The notes under the pieces were generated by a model. It saw only the letters and a list, made by a program, of their open reading frames with translations, made no database searches and had not been told where the DNA came from. A stretch of DNA of 64,000 nt from Chiloscyllium plagiosum. Lineage: Eukaryota. Below, piece after piece: positions 25,303-38,228 of the stretch. Positions within the stretch are counted from its first letter, which is position 1; each line of letters starts with the position of its first letter. A program made the position numbers and the translations under genes. The DNA lies in NCBI RefSeq assembly GCF_004010195.1, contig NC_057717.1:26214509-26278508 (forward strand), in the 5' to 3' direction.

Positions 25303-28300
25303 CCTCTGTATTGACCCTCTGACAGTGCGACACTTCCTCAGTACTGACTCTCTGACATTGCAGTGCTTCCTCCGTCCTGACCCTCTGATAGTGCATCCTT
25401 CCCTCAAACTGACCTTCTGACAGTGCAGCACTCCTCAGAGGTGGCCCTCTGTTAATACAGGAGTCCCTCACTACTGACTGTCCGACAGTGCGGTGATCCC
25501 TCAGTACTGATCCTCTGGCAATGTAGTCGTCCCTCACTACTGACTCTCTGATAGTGCAGCACAACCTGGGTACTGACCCTCTCACAGTGCAGCGCTCCCT
25601 CTGTACTGACGGTCTGACAGTGCAGCACTCCCTCAGTACTGACCATCTGACAGTGCAGCGCTCCCTCAGTACTGACCCTCTGATAGTGCAGCACACCCTG
25701 GGTACTGACCCTCTCACAGCGCAGCGCTCCCTCTGTCCTGACCCTCTGACGGTGCAGCACTCACTCAGCACTGACCCTCTGACAGTGCGGTGAACCTTCA
25801 GTACTCACCCTCTGGAAGTGCAGCACTCTCTTTGTACTGACCATTTGACAGTGCAGCACTCCCTCAGTACTGACCCACTCACAGTGTAGCACTCTCTCGG
25901 TCTTGACTCTCTGACAGTGCAGCACCCCCTCAGTAGTGACCCTCTGATAGTGCAGCACTCTCTTTGTACTGACCCTTTGAAATAGCACTCCCTCAGAACT
26001 GACACTCTCACTGTGTAGTGCTCCCTCCGATCTGAACATTTGAGAGTTCGTGCTCCCTCGGTGCTGACCCTCTGACAGTGCGCACTCCCTCAGTGCTGAC
26101 CCTCTGACAGTGCAACGCTCCCTCCGTGCTGACCCTCTGACAGTGCAGCACTCCCTCAGTACTGACACTCTGACAGTGCAGCACTCCCTTAGTACTGATC
26201 CTTTGACTGTGTAGTGCTCCTCAGAGATGGCCCTCTGGTAATGCAGCAGCCCTCTCGACTGATTGTCCAACAGTGCGGTGATCCCTCAGTACTGACCCTC
26301 TGGCAATGCAGCGGTCCCTCAGTACTGACCTTCTGACAGGGCAGCAATCCCTCAGTATTGACCCTCTGACAGTGCAGCACTCCCTTGGCCCTGCACCCTT
26401 GACAGTGCAGCGACCACTCTGTACTGACCCCCCAATAGTGCGGCACTTCCTCAGCACTGATCCTTTCACACTGCAACATTCCCTCAGAAGTGAGCCTCTA
26501 ACGCCACAGCATTCCCTCAGTACTGACCCTCTGACACTGCATTGCTCTCGCTGTTCTGAGATTTCTACAGTGCAGCACTCCCTCAGTTCTGACCCTGTGA
26601 CAGTGCAGCACTCCCTCAGTACTGACCCTCTGATATTGCAGCACTCCCTCAGTACTGACCCTCTGACAGTGCAGCGCCCCCACAATACAGACCCTCTGAC
26701 AGTTTTGAATTCCCTGAGGACTGAACATCTGAAAGTGCGACACTCCCTCAGTACTGACCTCTGACAGTACTGATGCTCCAACAGTGCAGCTTTCCTTCAG
26801 CACTGACCAATCCAACAGGGCAGCGCTCCCTCAGTACTGACCCTCCGACAGTATGGCACTTCCCTGACCCTCTGACAGGGCTGCATTCCCTCGTGAGTGC
26901 CCCACCGACAACGCAGCACTCCCTTAGTACTGACCGTCTGATACTGCAGCATTCCCCCAGTACTGACCCTCCGACAGAGCAGAACTCCCTCGGTGCTGAT
27001 CATCTGACAGTGTGGCACTGTCTCGATTCTGCACCTCTGATAGTGCAGTAATGCCTCAGTATTGACCCTCTGACAGGGTAGTGTTCTCTCAGTACTGACC
27101 CTCTGATAGTGCAGTGCTCTCTCAATACAGATCCTTTGACAGTGTCGCGTTCCCTCTGGACTGAACATCTGACAGTGCACTGCCCTCTCAGTGATGACCC
27201 TTTGAGAGTGTAGCACTACTCAGTACTGGCCCTCTGGCAATGCAGCAGGCCCTTAATACGGACCCTCTGACCTACAGCGCGGTCTTCCCTCAGGACTGAC
27301 TGTGACACACAGCGCGGTGCTCCCTCAGTACTGGCTGTCAGACACACAGCGCGGAACTCCCACAGTACTAACCCTCTCACAGTGCGGCACTCTGACAGCA
27401 TGCTGATCCCTTAGTACTGACCCTCAGAGAATGAGCACTTCCTCACTACTGACACTCTCACAGCACAGAACTCCCGTAGTACTGACCCTCAGAGAGTGCA
27501 ACTCTCCCTCAGTACTGACCCTCTGACAGTGCAGCACTCCCTCAGTACTGACCCTCTGACAGTGCAGCATCCCTCTGTACTGACCCTCTGACAGTGCAGC
27601 ACTCCCTCAGTACTGACCCTCTGATAGTGCAGCACTCCATCGGTACTGGACTTCAGACAGTGCGACACTCCCTCAGTACTGTTCCTACGACACTGCAGCA
27701 CTCCCTCCATTCTGACTCACTCACAGTGCAGCACTCCCTCAGTCCTGACCGTCTGACAGTGAAGCACTCCCTCAGTACTGACCCTCTCACAGTGCAGCAC
27801 TCCCTCCGTACTGACCGTCTCACAGTGCAGCACTCTCTCGGTACTGACCCTCTGACAGTGCAACACTCCCTCAGTACTGGCCGTCTGACAGTGCGACACA
27901 CCCACAGTACTGTTCCTATGACACTGCTGCACTCCCTCAGTACGGGCTCTTCTGACAATGCAGCACTCCCACAGTACTGAACCTCTGACACTGTGGCATT
28001 GCATGTATACTGACCCTCCCACAGTGTGGCGCAGCTTCATACTGAATTTCAGACAGTTTGGCGCATCCTCTGATCGTTCAGTACTCCCTCAGAACTGACG
28101 CTCTAACAGTGCAGATGCCCTTTGGCCCTGCGCCCCTGACGGTGCTGCAATCCCTCAGTACTGACCATCTAACAATGCTGCGATCACTCAGTACTGACCT
28201 CTGACTGTGCAGCACTCCCTCAGCACTGCTCCTTTGTCACTGCAGCACTCCGTCAGAAATGACACTCTAACACAACAGCATTACCTCAGTACTGACCCTC

Positions 28301-29639
28301 TGATTCTGCAGCACTCTCTTTGTACTGACATTGCTGCAGTGCAGCATTTCCTCAGTACTGACACTCATACAGTGTGGCATTCCCTCAGTATTGACCCTCC
28401 GACAATGTGGCACTCCCTCAATACAGATGCTCGAACAGTGTAGCACTCCCTCGGTACTAGCCCTCCCACAGAGCAGAACTCCCTCAGTACTGACACTCTG
28501 ACAGTGCGGCACTGCCTCATTCCTGCACTTCTGATTGTCCTGCAATGCCTCAGTACTGACCCTTTGGCAGTGCAGCACTCTCTCAGAACTGACCCTCTGA
28601 AACAACACTTCCTCAGAACTGACACACTGACCGAGTAGCTCTCCCTCAGTAATGACCCTTTGACAGTACATCACTCTCTCAGTACTGACCCTCTGGCAAT
28701 GCAGCAGTCCATAGCGTGATGCTCCCTCAGTACTAACCCCCTCACAGCGTGGTGATCCCTCAGTACTAACCCCCTCACAGTGTGGTGCTCCTTCAGTTCT
28801 TACCCTTTCACAGTGCAGCGCTCCCTCAGTAGTAACCCTCTCACAGTGCGGCACTCTGACAGTATGGACATCCATTAGCACTGAACCTCAGAGAGTGCGC
28901 ACTTCATCATTACTGACCCTCTCACTGCACAACAATCCCTCCACCCTGACTGTCTGACAATGCTGCACTCCCTCCACACTGATCCTCTGATAGTAATGCA
29001 CTCTCTCAGTACTGACCCTCTCACAGTGTGGAAGTGGCCCTATACTGACCCTCCGACAGTGTGGCAATCCCTCGGTACTGACCTTCCAAAATGCAGCGCA
29101 CCCTCAGTACTGGCCCTCTGACAGTGTGGCTCAATCTCAGGACAAAACCTCTGACAGTACAGCACTCCGTCGGAACTGACATTCTGGCAGTACAGCGCTC
29201 CCTCAGGTGTAACTCATTGACAGTGTAGTACTCCTTCAGTACTGACCCATTGACAGTGTAGCACTCCCTCAATACTGACACTCTGCCTCGGTCCTGCACC
29301 TCTGATAGTCCAGCAGTGCCTCAGTACTGACCATATGACAGTGTCGCACTCTCTCTGTACTGCCCCTCTGACAGTGAAGCACTCCCTCAGTACTGACCAT
29401 CTGACAGTGCAGCACTCCCTCAGTACTGACCCTCTGGCAATGAGGCATCCCCCAGTACTGATCCTCTGATGGTGCAGTGCTCTCTTAGTGCAGATCCACT
29501 GATAGTGTGGCTTGCCCTCTAGACTGAACCTCTGACAGTGCGGTGATCCCTCAGTACTGACCCTCTGGCAATGTAGCAGTCCCTCAGTACTGACCCTCTG
29601 ACAGTGCAGCACTCCCTTGGTGCTGACCCTCTGACAGTG
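25303..29639. repeat. 33-bp minisatellite array, about 4.3 kb and 130 diverged units (cagtactgaccctctgacagtgcagcactccct)
   Basis: Directly visible. The 11-codon period produces the RGSVLRECCTV and TVQHSLSTDPL ORFs. Confidence 0.96.
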
Positions 29640-30610
29640 TGGTTCTCCAATCGCCACCAAGACAGAACCTCACTGGTCCTCACCAACCTCCATATACATC
29701 GCAGCATCCGTCATCATTTCCGCCACCTCCAAACAGACCCCACCACCAAGGATATATTTCCCTCCACACCCCTATCAGCGTTCTGGAAAGACCACTCACT
29801 CCGCGACTCCCTCGCCAGGTTCCCAAACCGCATCAACGCAACCTCCACTCCCGGCACCGTCTCCTGCAACCGCAAGACATGCAAAACTTGCGGCCACACT
29901 TCCCCCATCACTTCCCACCAAGGCCCCAAAGGATCCTTGCATATACACCACAAATTCACCTGCACCTCCACACACACCATTTACTGCCTCCGCTGCTCCC
30001 GATGTGGCCTCCTCTACATTGGGGAGACAGGCCGCCTACTTGCGGAACGTTTTAGAGAACACCTCTGGGACACCCGGACCAACCAACCTAACCACCCCGT
30101 GGCTGAACTCTTTAACTTCCCCTCCCACTCCACCAAGGACATGCAGGTCCTTGGCCTCCTCCATCGCCCGACCATGGCAACACGACGGCTGGAGGAAGTG
30201 CGCCTCATCTTCCATCTAGGAACCCTCCAACCACAAGAGATGAATGCAGATTTCTCCAGCTTCCTCATTTCCCATCCCCCCACCTTATCTCAGTCCCAAC
30301 CCTGGACCTCAGCACCACCTTGTTGACCTGCAATCTTCTTCCTGACCTCTCCGCCCCACCTCCTCTCCGGCCTATCACCCGCACCTTAACTTCCTTCCAC
30401 CTATCTCATTTCCAACGCCCCTCCCCCAAATCCCTCCTCCTTACCTTTTATCTTAGCCTGCTTGGCACACTTTCCTCATTCCTGAAGAAGGGCTCATGCC
30501 CGAAACGTCAATTCTCCTGATCGTTTGATGCTGCCTGACCTGCTGCGCTTTTCCAGCAACGCATTTTTCAGCTCTGCTCTCCAGCGTCTGCAGTCCTCAC
30601 TTTCTCCTCC
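29640..30610 (+). mobile_element. Penelope-like retroelement 3' part: GIY-YIG endonuclease plus terminal repeat
   Basis: ORF 29604-30326 contains CNRKTCKTC and IYCLRCSRCGLLYIGETGRLLAERFREH; terminal repeat at about 30475-30610. Confidence 0.92.
30477..30513 (+). ncRNA. Minimal type I hammerhead ribozyme motif in the Penelope terminal repeat
   Basis: CTGAAGA-a-GGGC-tcat-GCCC-GAAACGTC: catalytic core, stem II, palindromic ACGT stem III and a GUC cleavage triplet. Confidence 0.7.
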
Positions 30611-31459
30611 ATGATAGAGATCGAGCCAACAATGTTGGCATCACGAACCTGTTAGCTGAAGCAACTGCCCCCCGCCCTCCCCCTTTATCGGGGAGGAATT
30701 CAATCCCTTTAATAGAGCAAGCTTGAGACTTTAACACTAAAAACAATCTGTACGGACGCGCTGGAGACCTGAAACATCAATACATATATTCCTGAAGGAG
30801 CTAAGCATCTCTGAAGGGAGAGGGAGAAAGAGAGAGAGAGGGAGTTCACCTTTCAATCCAATGATTTCTGCGGGAAAGTTCTTTCAGAACAGACCGTTTT
30901 GAGGAAGGGTCACTTGAAATGCGAATTGTCCCTCTCTCTCTTCACCGTTGCTGCCTGATCTGCTGAATTACCCCAGCCATCTGTTTGCTTGAGAATTTGA
31001 TCTGACCTGATTCAAGCGTCACTGAGTAATTCAGTCTGTGTTCAATGCCCTGAGGCTGCTTCTGCTGAAAGTTAACAAACAGGTTTAAGGCTTTGTAAGG
31101 TATTGTATTCGGAGGGCGGACTACATGGGAGAACAGATACAGAACACAGGCACTTCACAAGGATCCATCTCAATTTAACTTTGTGATGTCAATTCAGAAG
31201 GAACAGCAGCTCAGACCTAACATTCCAGTTAATCAGCCAATTGGAGTATATATGTCATGACAAAGACTTGCACAACCGAACTTTAGTGACTATGTTTGTA
31301 TGAAAAGTTTTTTTTTGTGACTAAAGTCTCTTTTTGAAATTGATATAAATATTTTTTCAAGGGGGATCAAGCATCTTGAGCTTATGGAGGCATTGCCCTT
31401 TTCCCTAATCTTTCTTAAATAAACCTTAGACAACTTAGATACTCCCCGAGATGTTGGGA

Positions 31460-31730
31460 TTGTCACGGGGGCTCAGTGTTGCCTCACCCCACCTGGGTTC
31501 GATTCCAGCCTCGGGCGACTATCTGTGTGGAGTTGACACATTTTCCACGTGTCAGCCTCCGGGTGCTCCAGTTTCCTCCCACTGTCCAAAGATGTACAGG
31601 CTAGGTGGATTGACCAGAGGAAATGAAGGGATCCAGGGATGGGGGGAGGGGAGGGGGGTGGGGGGATGTGCTGCTCCGCCGAGGGTCAATGTGAACCTGA
31701 TAGGCCGAATGGCCTGCTTCCACATTCTAT
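31460..31730 (+). mobile_element. Diverged tRNA-derived SINE
   Basis: GGTTCGATTCC B box plus the same core as the SINE at 21403. Confidence 0.8.
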
Positions 31731-31909
31731 GATCAATCCAGAGACCCAAATAATGTTCTGGGCCCTGTGTTCCAATATTGGGGGTGGTTGTGGGTCATCA
31801 CAGGGAGAACAGGTTTGGGGATGAACACGGTCCAAGGGGGTAACAGGTTTGCTTTCTGAGGTGTTGAGGGCATGAATGTTTTGTCGCGGTTCTTTGGGGA
31901 TAAACATAC

Positions 31910-32036
31910 TGAGGAGGTGCTTTCTGAGGTACTGAAGGAGCACTATCTGGCGGTACAGGGTGCAGAAGGTGGAATGGTACAGATACACTTCCCTAATCAT
32001 TTCCTCAGGGTCCCCAAGGTACGCTGGTTTGGTAAT
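31910..32036 (-). other. Candidate orphan coding exon (127 bp), product unidentified
   Basis: ttccatctcag acceptor and A|gtatgt donor. The frame ITKPAYLGDPEEMIREVYLYHSTFCTLYRQIVLLQYLRKHLL is open, as is the same-frame antisense ORF 31872-32072. Confidence 0.4.
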
Positions 32037-32829
32037 CTGAGATGGAAGTCACTCCCCATTTTAGAAGATTAGATCAACACTCAGTGGAAAATAACACAAA
32101 CACATGTCTTAAACATGGATTGGAGGAAAACTGTTATGAATCTATCATCACTTGTTGCTTGGGCACGGTTTAGAAAAGCAGGCACCCAACAGACCAATGC
32201 TGTCGATGGAAGGGGTGCTGCACAGGAAGATCCAAGAAGTCATTTGCAGTTGATGTCTGTCTCCCTGCAGAGTTCATCATCCGAGATCAGGGTTCAGTCC
32301 TGGGAGAAATCATCTCTCCATCAAAACCTCAAACATGCCTGTGTGTGTGTGTGTTCGTGTGTGTGTGTAAGGCTTATATTGTGTATCCAAGACAATAAAC
32401 TCCTGCTGTTGTTTCAGGTTGATTGCTCCTTGATTTTCAAAAAACTGGCAAAGACACAAATGTGAATGTTTTCAAAAGCTGAAAAACTCACTTAACTGGG
32501 GTAATGTGAATGCTGGAAAGCTCCCAAAAGAGGTTGGGATGGAAGGAACAAGCAAGATTAGATTGAGAAGAGATAGTGCCATTCAGGTGCAGAGGTATTG
32601 TTGGAATGTCTATTCAGGATTAACTAAGTCATTTCAGGAAAGGAGGAAACAATTCCAGGTAGATCAAAAACACCTTGGAGATAGTTTCTCAACCAACCTG
32701 CTCAGTGATGATATGATATTCCTCTGGACCAGGTGGGACTTGAACCTGGATCTCCTAGCTCAGAGGTAAAGACGCTACCACTGTTCCTTTCTACCTTCCC
32801 CAAGCTGTACAAGAGACCTAACACTTGGC

Positions 32830-34535
32830 TGCAGACATCAGTTAAAAACAACCAATGTGACAAGGTCTTCAAGAAGGAAGGAGGGAGAAACCAGGAATGT
32901 ACAGGCCAATCAATCTGACAGTGGGGAAACTGTTGGAATGAATACTTAGGATCAGAATGAATCTGCACTTGGAGCAGGCAGGGGTTAATCAAGAACAGTA
33001 GATTTGGTTTTATTAAAGGAAGGTCATATCTGACCAACCTAATTGAATTTGTCAAAGAGGTGGCCAGATGTGTAGGTGACAGCAATGCATTTGGTGTAGG
33101 CTACTTGGAATTCAGTGGGGCTTTTGATAAAGTCCTGCATGGGACACTGATGGCAAAGACAAGAGCCCATGGCATCGAAGGAAATTTGGCAAATTGGATC
33201 CACAATGGGCTGAGTGGCAGGAAGCAGAGGGTGATGGTTGAGATTGCTTCTTTAACTGGAAGCTTGTGGCCAGTAGGATCTTGCAGAGGCCAGTATTGGG
33301 TCCTCGCAGTTTCTAGGTTTATAGAAATAACTTTCACTTGAAAGTTGGAGGATTGATCAGTGAGTTCACAGATGATATGAAAACTAGTGTGATGGCAAAC
33401 AGTGAGGAAGATAGAATTAGACCATAGGAGGACAAACATATTAAGGGAATACATGATGAACTATAGGGCCCTGTGAAGCACTGAAGATCAGAGGGACCTT
33501 GTTGTGCCTGTCCACCAGTCACTTAAACACTGGGACAGGTGATAAACTCGCCTTTCCTTGTTAAGCACAGAGTTTGAGCTGGCAAGTTCAGTCGGAACTG
33601 TCGAAAAGATTGGCTAGAGGACAGCTAGCTTGTTTTCTGCATTTCTGGAATCCACATTTAAGGAGGGATATGCTAGCACTCGAGACAGGAAGGATGTTGT
33701 CTGAGCTGGGGAGTTTCAGTTATGAAGAGAGACTGGAAAGATTGGGTCATTTTCCTTAGACCAGAGAGATTGAGAGGGGAGTCGCAGGTAGATAGGATAG
33801 TGAAGAAGACATTTTGTATGCTTTCCCTTATTGGTCAGAGCATTGCGTAAAGGAGTTTGTAAGTCATGTTGTGGCTGTACAGGACATTGGTTAGGCCACC
33901 TTTGGAGTGTTGTGTGCAATTCTGTTCTGATTCCTGTAGAAAGGATGTTGTGAAATTTGTAAGGGTTCAAAAAAGATTTACAAGGATGTTGCCAGGGTTG
34001 GAGGGTTTGAACTACAGGGAAGGCTGAATAGGCTGGAGCTGTTTTCCCTGGAGTGTTGGAGGCTGAGGAGTGACCTTCCAGACGTTTATAAAATCATGAA
34101 GGTATGGATAGAGTAAATAGACAAGGACTTTTCCCTGGGGTGTGGTAGTCCAGAACAAGAGGGCATAGGTTTAGGGTGAGAGGGGAAAGATTTACAAGGT
34201 CCTAAGGGCCAATGTTTTCATGCAACAGGCGGTGCATGTATGCAAGAGGAAGTGCAGGCCAGTACGCGGCTAGTAACATATAAAAGGTATCGGGAGGGGT
34301 ATTAGAAAACTCCACCACCACCTGATGAAGGAGCAGCGTTGCGAAAGTAAGTGGTTCCAAATAAACCTGTTGGACTATAACCTGGTGTTGTGTGATTTTT
34401 AACTTGAATTGGAAGGGATTAGAGGGCCAAGTGTTGGTAAATGGGACTAGGTTAATTTCGGATATCTGGTCGGCATGGACGAGTTGGGCTGAAGGACCTG
34501 TTTCTGTGTTGTACATCTGTTTGACTCTATGACAT
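32830..34535 (+). mobile_element. Mosaic of old and younger CR1 RT and 3' fragments, with a short Penelope-type insert at about 34300-34405
   Basis: Peptide YLEFSGAFDKVLHG; CR1 3' tail ending gactctatga. Confidence 0.8.
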
Positions 34536-36914
34536 TATTGAGATATATAAAATAATGAGACGTGTTGATTGGGTACACATAAGGAAATATTCCCCTTGAT
34601 GGAGGAACCAGTTAAGATAAATGCTGTAAAGACTGGAAGGCAGTGCAGATATTTAAGGTAAGGGGGAGGAGACTTAAGGGGAATGTCAGTGATAAAGTCA
34701 TACAGCATGGAAACAGACCTTTTGGTTCCCACCAAGTCAATACTAATCATAATCCCAAACAAAACTAGTCTCACCGCCTGCTCCTGGCCCATATCCCTCC
34801 AATTCTTTCCTGTTTGTCCAAATACCTTTTAAACATTGGAACTGTACCCCCATCCATTAATTCCTCTGGAAGTTCATTCACACACGAACCACTCTCTGTG
34901 CAAAAAAAGGTGACCCTCATTTCCCTTTTAAATCTTTCTCCTCTCACTTTAAAAATACGTCCCCTAGTCCTGAAATCTAGGGGTGGGGGGGGATAAGCTC
35001 CCTAGTCCAAGGGGAAAATTTCCTCACTATCTACCTTATGAACGCCTCTCATTATTTTATACATCTCAACCATGTCATCGAGTAATAGAGACTTACAACA
35101 CAGAAACAGATCCTTCGACCCAACTCGTCTATGCTGACCGGATATCCTAACTTACCCTAGTCCCATTTACCAGTACTTGGTCCATATCTCTCTAATCCCT
35201 TCCTCTTCATATACAAGCCCTGAAGTCTATCACCCGAGGGGAAAGACATCTGACATTCACCTTATATATGCCCCTTATTATATTGTAAACCTCTGTAAGG
35301 TCGATTCTCAAACTTCAAGCTCTTTTCTATATAACTCAAACTCTCCAGTCCTGGAAACATCTTGTAAATATTTTCTGAACAGTTTAACAATACCCCTCCT
35401 ATAACAGGGAGACCAGAATTGGATACAATATTCTAGAAGAGGCCTGTACAACCTCAACATGATGTCCTAACTCCTATACTCATGGTCTGTGTTATGAAGG
35501 AAAAATACTTTCACCCAGCGTGTGGTGAGAAACTGAATTCACTGCCGGAAGGGTATTGCAGACAGAATCTCTCAAATCCTTGAAGAAGTATTCAGAAGTG
35601 CACTTGCAATGCCAAGACATACAAGGTGATGGGTCTTAAAAGAGAACCTTTGCTGGTGTTTTTGAATCTGTAGTCTGTACTGTTTGCCCGAAACATCAAT
35701 TTTCGTGCTCCTCGGATGCTGCCTGTGTTGCTGGGCTTTTCCAGCACCACTCTAATCTAGACTCTGGTTTCCAGCAACTGCAGTCCTTGTTTTTACCTTA
35801 TACAAGGTGATGGGCTGAGGGCTGAGAAATGACGTTACCATCGTTTGATGGTGGTTTTTGACTGGCATAGAATCAATTGGCTGAAGGGACTTGTCCTGCA
35901 CTGTAGACCGCTGCGATTCGAAAAAAAAGGACAATGAAGAGACTTTCATTGAGGTGTTGGCACTAACAATTGTCAATGTGGAAGTGCTACAAGATTGAGC
36001 TTTATTCTGACACACTGTCATACCTGGATTTGAACTCTGTTCTCACTCTCTGCAGATGCTTCTGGACCTGCTACATTTCTTCAGCACTCAGCGTTTATTT
36101 GTGGTTACAGAGAGGATCTGAGGCTGCAGAGGTGAAATCTGATGGTTTGTTAGATATGGGAAGGCAAAGCAGACACTTCCTGATTGAAAATGAAAACTCA
36201 AATATAGAATTGTGAGGCTGTTAATGTATATTTTGTTGCACAAATCCAGACGACACAAGTTTCTGTACACGAGCAGATACTTTATTATCCGAGTGCGGAG
36301 AGAGATTCTTGATGTCGCTGAAAGTAGCCGTGTGTCTACTTGTGGTGACACTTCTCCATGAATCTCTGCTCTACACACAAAGGCAGTACTTTTTATGGGA
36401 ATAATACAAAAGGTCTCTCAGCCACATGGTTGATTGTCGTTACATTGTTTAAGATGGGAAATTATCATTTTACAAGACCCGATGTCCTGCGATAATGAGT
36501 GAATGGATCACAGCGACTGATTATCGTATTCTTCATGATCATATGTCAATGGGAAGAGATTAAAACTGATGGGTTTTGCCTGTTTTCAACGGGGAATTCA
36601 CATCCCTATGCTAATACAGAGAGGAAGCATGATAATGGGAGCAGGATGCAGTTTAACAGAGTTGCGGCCAAGGCTATCAGTCTTGGCTGGGGAGGACAAA
36701 TACCTTTGCCTGAGGCGGCAGAGGAATCCAAATGTGTGGCTGCAATGCATTCCTACTGAGATGTTCTGTCTATTCTGTAATTGATACTGTAGTGAGTCTG
36801 TTTCACAGTGGAATGTTTAACCCTTGAGCGCCCAGTATGCCTTGAAAGAGAATTAAAACATGGAACTGATCCCTTTCTGGCTTTATAACGTCCTCACTAC
36901 AGTCAGTGACAGCA

Positions 36915-37300
36915 AACTCCCCTGTCAGATATAATACAGCCCTTCACTCACTGACACCAATCACCCCCTGTCAAATATAAACCACCCCACAGGCACAAAT
37001 CTCCCCATGTCTGATTTCGCCTTGCCCCACCGACAGTGACAACATTTTCCCCCAGTTTGATATAAACCAACCGCACAGTACCTGACACCAATCTCCCCTG
37101 TCTGATTTTAACCAGTCCCACAGTCACTGACACCAATCTCCCCCTGTCTGATATAAACCAGACCGACAGGCCCTGACACCAATCTCCCCTGTCTGATATA
37201 AACCAACCCCACAGTCCCCGACACCAATATCCCCCTGTCTGATATAAACCAGACCCACAGTCCACGACACAAATCTCCCCCTGTCTGATATAAACCAGAC
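36915..37300. repeat. About 45-bp tandem repeat running into the assembly gap
   Basis: Recurring ctgacaccaatctcccctgtctgatataaaccagacccacagt. Confidence 0.9.
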
Positions 37301-37800
37301 NNNNNNNNNNNNNNNNNNNNNNNNNNNNNNNNNNNNNNNNNNNNNNNNNNNNNNNNNNNNNNNNNNNNNNNNNNNNNNNNNNNNNNNNNNNNNNNNNNNN
37401 NNNNNNNNNNNNNNNNNNNNNNNNNNNNNNNNNNNNNNNNNNNNNNNNNNNNNNNNNNNNNNNNNNNNNNNNNNNNNNNNNNNNNNNNNNNNNNNNNNNN
37501 NNNNNNNNNNNNNNNNNNNNNNNNNNNNNNNNNNNNNNNNNNNNNNNNNNNNNNNNNNNNNNNNNNNNNNNNNNNNNNNNNNNNNNNNNNNNNNNNNNNN
37601 NNNNNNNNNNNNNNNNNNNNNNNNNNNNNNNNNNNNNNNNNNNNNNNNNNNNNNNNNNNNNNNNNNNNNNNNNNNNNNNNNNNNNNNNNNNNNNNNNNNN
37701 NNNNNNNNNNNNNNNNNNNNNNNNNNNNNNNNNNNNNNNNNNNNNNNNNNNNNNNNNNNNNNNNNNNNNNNNNNNNNNNNNNNNNNNNNNNNNNNNNNNN
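37301..37800. other. Assembly gap (500 N); smaller gaps at 51545-51634 and 61725-61783
   Basis: N runs in the sequence. Confidence 1.
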
Positions 37801-38228
37801 TCAAATTTAAAAATCCAGAACCAATATCATAATTTCACTAAATATTAAAATGCAACATTTTTAACTTGGGATTTATCCACTTCCGTTTTCTAAAGGAGCA
37901 GAATGGTACACATTATGTTCAGTAAAAAAAGTAAAGTTTAATGTGAAAGTTGCCTCCATGTTTCCAGTCTACAACGAGGACATTCTGGCCATTTGTCACT
38001 GCTGATGGTAATGTCACAACCCTGGCCTCTTCCCACCTTATCTGACTTAATCAGAATACAATATCCTTTGGTCCATCTTTTTCTTAATCAGCTACCTAGC
38101 TATCCTATCTTCAGATGCATCATTAATGCCCCCAATGGTGTTTGTTCATTACCAATCAAAGCCTGACATTGATGTAACTGGATCTGGATTACACATGGGA
38201 TGATTTGTGTTTTAATCTCACCGCTCAC

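Noticed and set aside
25303-29639. CRISPR array, or Cys/His-rich proteins from the many ORFs
   Set aside because: These are head-to-tail units without unique spacers in eukaryotic DNA. The ORFs arise because the 33-bp unit is stop-poor in several frames.
25303-29639. Ig class-switch region or functional RSS array
   Set aside because: It lies downstream of the C exons across a gap rather than in the J-C intron, and the heptamer-like words lack nonamers.
36230-36372. Possible minus-strand exon with a faint fibronectin type III-like motif
   Set aside because: The reading frame and donor site are ambiguous, so the evidence is too weak.
37124-37804. 226-aa ORF
   Set aside because: Artifact of translating Ns.
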